Assembly: GCA_038231455.1 (NCBI GenBank)
Contig: JBBRLI010000009.1
Location: 32,001-96,000, forward strand
Direction: 5' to 3'
DNA from: Vulcanimicrobiales bacterium
GTDB taxonomy: Bacteria > Vulcanimicrobiota > Vulcanimicrobiia > Vulcanimicrobiales > Vulcanimicrobiaceae
DNA length: 64,000 bases
Every line of letters starts with the position of its first letter. Within the stretch, counting starts at the first letter, position 1. This document shows, piece by piece, positions 58,819 through 64,000 of the stretch. Position numbers and translations under genes: made by a program. Below the pieces are notes generated by a model. That model worked only from the letters and a program-made list of their open reading frames with translations, was not told the origin of the DNA and did no database searches.

Positions 58819-60299
58819 CCGCTATTGCTGAAGTTACCCCAGACGTGCTTGCGAAGTACGAGCTCGTTATTGGGATTGAATGTCATGTCGAACTCAAGAC
58901 GGCGAGTAAGATGTTTTGCGCTTGTCCCAATGAGTTTGGTGGCGAGCCGAATACCAAAGTGTGTCCGGTTTGTCTTGCGATGCCCGGTGCGCTTCCCGTT
59001 CCGAATAAGGTTGCTATCCAGCATATGATTCGGGCGGGGCTTGCGTTTGAGGCGGAGATTCCGCTGTTTTCGAAGTTCGATCGGAAGAACTACTTTTATC
59101 CCGACATGCCCAAGAACTATCAAATCACGCAGTTCGATATGCCGCTCACGCAGGGTGGGGTCGTTGAGTTTTGGCTCGATGATGGGACGCGTGGGTCGTG
59201 TCGGTTGACGCGTATTCATCTTGAGGAAGATACCGGGAAATCGTCGCACGCCGGGTCTGGGGATGGTCGTATCGCCGGCTCTTCGTATTCGCTGATCGAC
59301 TTTAATCGTGCTGGCGTGCCGCTCATGGAGTGTGTTGGCGAACCCGATTTGCGTTCGGCTGATGAAGCTGTTGCGTTTTTGGAATCGCTCAAGCGGACGT
59401 TCGTTCAACTTGGCGTCTCGGATGTGAAGATGGAAGAAGGTTCGCTCCGCTGCGATGCTAACGTTTCGGTTCGCCTCAAAGGCGCAACGGAATACGGAAC
59501 CAAGGCCGAAATCAAGAACATGAACTCGTTTCGGTCCGTTCATCGGGCGATCGAGTCGGAGTTTGCGCGGCAAGTTGGCGTGATCGAGCGTGGTGGGCGC
59601 GTCGTTCAGGAGACGCGCGGTTGGGATGAGACGACCGGTACGTCCGTTTCTATGCGCAGCAAAGAGCAGGCGCATGATTACCGCTATTTCCCGGAACCGG
59701 ATCTCGTTCCGGTCGAACTTGAGGCCGCGCATATCGCGGCTCTCAAAGCGGCGCTTCCGCCATCGCCCGCCGTCCGGCATCGCCGCTACGTTGAGTCGTA
59801 CGGGTTTACCGTTGCGCAGGCGACGCAACTTGTCGATAACGTCCGGCTAGCGGAATACTTCGATCGTACGGTTGCGCTGACGAATGCTCCGCAGGCGGTG
59901 ATGAACTTCGTGCTCGGCGATCTCTCGCGGCTTGCCAATGAGACCGAGACGCACGTTGCCGATGCGAAGATTACGCCCGATGCCCTCGCCGAGTTGATCG
60001 TCATGCTCGAGGCGAAAACGATCAATTCCAAGATCGCAAAAGATGTGATCGTGAAGCTTTGGAACGAAGGCGGCTCGGCGAAGGCCATCGTCGAGAAAGA
60101 CGGTCTCGCGCAGGTTTCCGATCCAAGCGCCGTCGCGGGATTCGTCGATGAAGTGCTCGCGGCCAATGCGAAGAGTGTTGAGGATTTCAAAGCCGGTAAA
60201 GAAAATGCGCTGAAATTTCTCGTCGGTGCGGTGATGAAAGTCAGTCGCGGCAAAGCCAACCCCGTCCTCGTGGAGCAAGCCCTCCGCGACCGCATGTAA
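58815..60299 (+). CDS. gatB: Amidotransferase subunit B
   Basis: IGIECHVEL, FDRKNYFYPD, HLEED, YRYFPEPD. Confidence 0.97.
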   Translation: MTAIAEVTPDVLAKYELVIGIECHVELKTASKMFCACPNEFGGEPNTKVCPVCLAMPGALPVPNKVAIQHMIRAGLAFEAEIPLFSKFDRKNYFYPDMPKNYQITQFDMPLTQGGVVEFWLDDGTRGSCRLTRIHLEEDTGKSSHAGSGDGRIAGSSYSLIDFNRAGVPLMECVGEPDLRSADEAVAFLESLKRTFVQLGVSDVKMEEGSLRCDANVSVRLKGATEYGTKAEIKNMNSFRSVHRAIESEFARQVGVIERGGRVVQETRGWDETTGTSVSMRSKEQAHDYRYFPEPDLVPVELEAAHIAALKAALPPSPAVRHRRYVESYGFTVAQATQLVDNVRLAEYFDRTVALTNAPQAVMNFVLGDLSRLANETETHVADAKITPDALAELIVMLEAKTINSKIAKDVIVKLWNEGGSAKAIVEKDGLAQVSDPSAVAGFVDEVLAANAKSVEDFKAGKENALKFLVGAVMKVSRGKANPVLVEQALRDRM

Positions 60300-60300
60300 C

Positions 60301-62640
60301 GTGCTGGTCGACGAACGCAGCCTCGATGTCCTGGACTTCGCGCGCGTTCGCGAGGCACTCGCCGGGCAGACCCATAGCCCCGGCGCATTCGCCCGTTCGC
60401 TTGCGCTCGTCCCGACCGAAGACTTTGATGACGTTCGGCGCCTGATTGCCGAGACGGGCGAGATGCGTACGCTCCGTGCGGGCGAGGGCATTTCGATCGC
60501 GCAGGTCGATGACGTCGCATCGGCCGTCGCGACGGCGGCCCGTGGCGTCTCAATCGCCGCCGCCGAACTGCGTTCGATTGGGAACGCGCTTGCTGCCGCA
60601 AACGCGACGGTTCGACGGATCCGCGAAGCCGACGGCGTGCCGCTTCTCCTCGAGCGCTGCGAGCCGTTTCTTGCCTTGCCGCAACTCTCGGCTGCCATCA
60701 CCAATGCGATCGGCGAGCGAGGCGAAGTGCTCGACCGCGCCTCGCCCGCGCTCGGGCGCATTCGACGTGGCATTGCGACGGCGCAGAACGAGGCGCGCGA
60801 CCGCGCCTCGGCAATCGTACGCTCGGCAAAATACGCAAACGCGATTCAAGATCAGGTCGTCACGGTGCGTGATGGACGCTACGTGGTGCCGATCAAGGCC
60901 GAGTTCAGCGGTGAGTTTCCCGGAATCGTTCACGATGCATCGGCCAGCGGTCAAACGCTCTTCGTCGAGCCGCTCGAAGCGCTGGAAACCAACAACCGGC
61001 TGCGATCGCTTCGTATGCAAGAAGAGCATGAGGTCGCGCGTATTCTTACGGATCTCTCGACCGCGGTTGGGAACGAAGCGACGACGATCGAGATCGACCT
61101 TGCAATCTACGAGACGCTCGACCTTGCGCTTGCGCGCGCAGAGATTGCGATCCGCATGAACGCGATCGCGCCCGCGCTCGTCGATGAGGCAACGATCGCC
61201 GTTGCGAATGGGCGTCACCCGCTGCTCGGTGAGCGGGCCGTGCCGCAGTCGCTGACGCTCGATGCGAACACGCAGATCATCCTCATCAGCGGTCCGAACA
61301 TGGGCGGAAAGACCGTCGCACTCAAGATGCTCGGGCTCTTCGTCACGATGGCGTACTGCGGACTGCATCTGCCGGCGGAAGAAGTGACGCTCGGGCACTT
61401 CACGCGCATTTACACCGACATCGGTGACGAACAATCGATTGCCCTCAATGCATCCACGTTCTCCGCGCACTTACGACGCCTCGCCGAGATCGTCGCTGGC
61501 GCCGATGCGCGCAGTTTGATCCTGGTCGATGAAATCGGGAGCGGTACGGAGCCGACCGCGGGCGCGGCGCTTGCGGTTGCGGTTTTGGAGCGTTTCCTGA
61601 CCGCCGGTGCGCGCACGATTGCAACGACGCATGCCACCGAACTCAAACTCTTCGGTGCCGAGCACGAACGTGTCCAAAACGCCAGCGTCCGCTTCAATCC
61701 CGACACGTATGCTCCGACCTATCAGCTCGATCTTGGTTCTCCCGGACAGTCGCTGGCCTTTGCGCTTGCGCGGACGATGAAGCTCGACGCGGCCGTTGTT
61801 GCGCGTGCCGAGACGCTGCTCTCGCAAGCCGAACGTGACTACGACCGCGCGCTTGCGGAGCTTGCCGAAGAGCGCACGCGCACGGTGGAAGCGCGCGAGG
61901 CGCTCGACCGCGACCGGGTTCATTTGCGCACGCTTGAAGACAATGCGCGGCGACGTGCCGAGGTGCTGGAACGCGAACGTCGCGAACTTGCGCGCGCCGC
62001 GGAGACAAAACTCGCTGAGGCCTTGCGGACATTTTCGGCCGAACTCGAGCGCCGTTCGGGCGGACGTGGACGCGGCCGCGTGACGAGCGGCCAAAGCGAA
62101 TTGCTTTCTAGGACAATCGGTGACATGCACCGCGACCTCGGCCTCGATCGCATCCCCGCTGTCGACAAGCGCGATCCAAATGCCGTCGCCCCGATACAGA
62201 TCGGCGACCGCGTTTTCGTTGCCTCGCTCGAACAAGAAGGCACGGTCTCTGCGATCGACGGCGATTCGGCCGTCGTGTCGATCGGCTCCATGCGTATGAC
62301 GGTCGAACGCGACGATTTACGGCGCCGCGGCGGTCCGCCGCGCGAACGCAAGTCGAGCGCCAGTACCGGTGCTCCCACGATGTCGGCGGCCGCAAACGCG
62401 CGCACCGAGATCGACGTGCGCGGGAAGCGGTTCGTCGATGCCGAGCCGGTCGTCGATTCGTGGATCGATGAGGCGATGCTGCTGGGCTTCTCGCCGCTGC
62501 GGCTCATCCACGGCAAAGGCACCGGGCTGCTCGGCCGCGGACTCCAGAGCTATTTGAAAGATCACCCCCACGTTACGGGCGTTCGCTACGGCAACGAGGA
62601 CGAGGGAGGGAGCGGCGTGACCATCTTTGAACTGCGCTAG
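60301..62640 (+). CDS. mutS2: Endonuclease MutS2
   Basis: SGQTLFVEP, GPNMGGKT, DIGDEQSI, C-terminal Smr domain IHGKGTG. Confidence 0.95.
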   Translation: MLVDERSLDVLDFARVREALAGQTHSPGAFARSLALVPTEDFDDVRRLIAETGEMRTLRAGEGISIAQVDDVASAVATAARGVSIAAAELRSIGNALAAANATVRRIREADGVPLLLERCEPFLALPQLSAAITNAIGERGEVLDRASPALGRIRRGIATAQNEARDRASAIVRSAKYANAIQDQVVTVRDGRYVVPIKAEFSGEFPGIVHDASASGQTLFVEPLEALETNNRLRSLRMQEEHEVARILTDLSTAVGNEATTIEIDLAIYETLDLALARAEIAIRMNAIAPALVDEATIAVANGRHPLLGERAVPQSLTLDANTQIILISGPNMGGKTVALKMLGLFVTMAYCGLHLPAEEVTLGHFTRIYTDIGDEQSIALNASTFSAHLRRLAEIVAGADARSLILVDEIGSGTEPTAGAALAVAVLERFLTAGARTIATTHATELKLFGAEHERVQNASVRFNPDTYAPTYQLDLGSPGQSLAFALARTMKLDAAVVARAETLLSQAERDYDRALAELAEERTRTVEAREALDRDRVHLRTLEDNARRRAEVLERERRELARAAETKLAEALRTFSAELERRSGGRGRGRVTSGQSELLSRTIGDMHRDLGLDRIPAVDKRDPNAVAPIQIGDRVFVASLEQEGTVSAIDGDSAVVSIGSMRMTVERDDLRRRGGPPRERKSSASTGAPTMSAAANARTEIDVRGKRFVDAEPVVDSWIDEAMLLGFSPLRLIHGKGTGLLGRGLQSYLKDHPHVTGVRYGNEDEGGSGVTIFELR

Positions 62641-62646
62641 CCGCCC

Positions 62647-63855
62647 ATGGTAACTTTAACGCCGCAAGAGCGCACGCTCGCGCTCATCGATGCGTGCGAA
62701 CACGTCGAATCGCCGGCCGAACTCACCGCCCGCATCGCGCGCGGGAAACCGCTGCGCGTCAAATTCGGTATCGATCCGACGGGATCCGAACTGCATCTCG
62801 GACATGCCGTTACGCTGCACAAGATGCAGCAATTCATCGACGACGGTCACGACGTGATCTTGCTCATTGGCGATTTTACGGCGCTCATCGGCGACCCGAC
62901 GGGACGCAACGATTCGCGCCCGCATCTTACGCGCGAAGCGATTGTCGAAAACATGGAAACGTATAAAGAGCAAGCCGGCAAAGTCATCGACCTCGAGCGC
63001 GCGACGATCCGCTACAACTCCGAGTGGCTCGGTCCGATCCAACTTGCCGAACTGATTCGCCTCATGGCGCAGACGACCGTCGGTCAGATGCTCGAACGCA
63101 AAGATTTCAAACAGCGCTACACGAGCGGTACGCCGATCTCGCTGCACGAGTTTCTCTATCCGGTCGCGCAGGCGTACGACTCGGTCGCACTGCAAGCGGA
63201 CGTCGAACTCGGCGGCGACGATCAGCTCTTTAATTTCTTGCTGGCGCGTGACTATCAGCAGAAGGCGGGACAATCGCCGCAAATCTGCATGACCGCGCCG
63301 ATCCTCGAGGGGACCGACGGCAAGATCCGCATGGGCAAATCTCGCGGCAACTATATCGCTTTAACCGAACCCGCGAATGTCCAATTCGGCAAGCTAATGA
63401 GCATTCCGGACGACGTCATCGCGCGGTACGCGCGACTCGCCGATTTCCGCTCGCAGGCCGAGTGTGATGCGCTTGCAGACGGTATCGCAAGCGGCACGCG
63501 CGTTGCGATGGATGAGAAGAAAAACGTCGCCGAGTCGATCGTGCGCCGCTATCACGGGGCCGAAGCTGCACGCGGCGCGCGCGACTATTTCGAGCGCACG
63601 ATCCAGCGTAAAGAGATCCCCGATGAAATGCCGGAGTATCAGCTCGTAGAGGCCGATACCAAGATCGCGCAGTTGCTCATGGATGTCCGTTTCGCCGAAT
63701 CCAAGCGCGCGGCGCAGCGCTTACTCGCGGAGCGCGCAGTCAAGATCAACGGAACGGTCGTCGAGGACGCCGGTGCCCGCTATTCGGAGACGGCGCCCGC
63801 CGTGCTTCAGGTCGGATCCAAACGGTTCGTCCGCATTCTCCCAAGCGAAAGGTAA
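62647..63855 (+). CDS. tyrS: Tyrosine--tRNA ligase
   Basis: GIDPT..LHLGH, QAYDS, ELGGDDQ, RMGKS (KMSKS variant), C-terminal S4 domain. Confidence 0.95.
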   Translation: MVTLTPQERTLALIDACEHVESPAELTARIARGKPLRVKFGIDPTGSELHLGHAVTLHKMQQFIDDGHDVILLIGDFTALIGDPTGRNDSRPHLTREAIVENMETYKEQAGKVIDLERATIRYNSEWLGPIQLAELIRLMAQTTVGQMLERKDFKQRYTSGTPISLHEFLYPVAQAYDSVALQADVELGGDDQLFNFLLARDYQQKAGQSPQICMTAPILEGTDGKIRMGKSRGNYIALTEPANVQFGKLMSIPDDVIARYARLADFRSQAECDALADGIASGTRVAMDEKKNVAESIVRRYHGAEAARGARDYFERTIQRKEIPDEMPEYQLVEADTKIAQLLMDVRFAESKRAAQRLLAERAVKINGTVVEDAGARYSETAPAVLQVGSKRFVRILPSER

Positions 63856-63857
63856 AC

Positions 63858-64000
63858 ATGGCCGTCACCTACACCTCAGAGGAACCAATCTCGGGACCCA
63901 CGTTCACGTGCAAGCGCTGCACGCGCGTCTATCCGCATCCGAAGGCCGGCGATCGCCCGCTACGCTGCGAATGCGGCTGGGTCTACACCTATGACAACGG
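63858..64000 (+). CDS. Small Cys-rich (CxxC...CxC) protein, 3'-truncated
   Basis: ATG 2 nt after the tyrS stop; MAVTYTSEEPISGPTFTCKRCTRVYPHPKAGDRPLRCECGWVYTYDN... Confidence 0.6.
   Translation, partial: MAVTYTSEEPISGPTFTCKRCTRVYPHPKAGDRPLRCECGWVYTYDN

Overview
High-GC bacterial chromosome segment with no RNA genes, CRISPR array or transposase that I could find. About half of it is a Firmicutes-style flagellar/chemotaxis gene set in two blocks. The first is cheR-cheB-fliA-hyp-fliK-like-flhB-like. The second is fliFGHIJ-ylxF-fliK-flgD-TIGR02530-flgE ... flbD-motAB-fliM-fliY/N-fliOPQR-flhB-DGC-flhA-PilZ-cheYCAW. The rest is housekeeping genes (xth, hppA, ftsY, recA, recX, hpt, purA, ilvE, rlmD, gatCAB, mutS2, tyrS) and signalling genes (GAF-GGDEF-EAL, NarX-type kinase, MHYT-PP2C-HATPase). 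Gene order plus a probable outer-membrane beta-barrel suggest a diderm Terrabacteria lineage such as Eremiobacterota/Armatimonadota (inference only). Main signals beyond the ORF track: (1) a 146-bp structured inverted-repeat element inside a ~3-kb zone of strong strand-asymmetric T/G enrichment at synonymous sites of rlmD-gatCAB; (2) an uncalled PD-(D/E)XK-like gene between recX and hpt; (3) that gene and rlmD both appear to start at ACG in an 8-nt stop overlap; (4) a LexA-type palindrome upstream of ftsY-recA; (5) repeated sigma28-type promoters, including before the basal-body operon; (6) a two-hairpin leader before flgE; (7) two small uncalled Cys-motif proteins. All calls rest on motif recognition by eye; no database searches were run.
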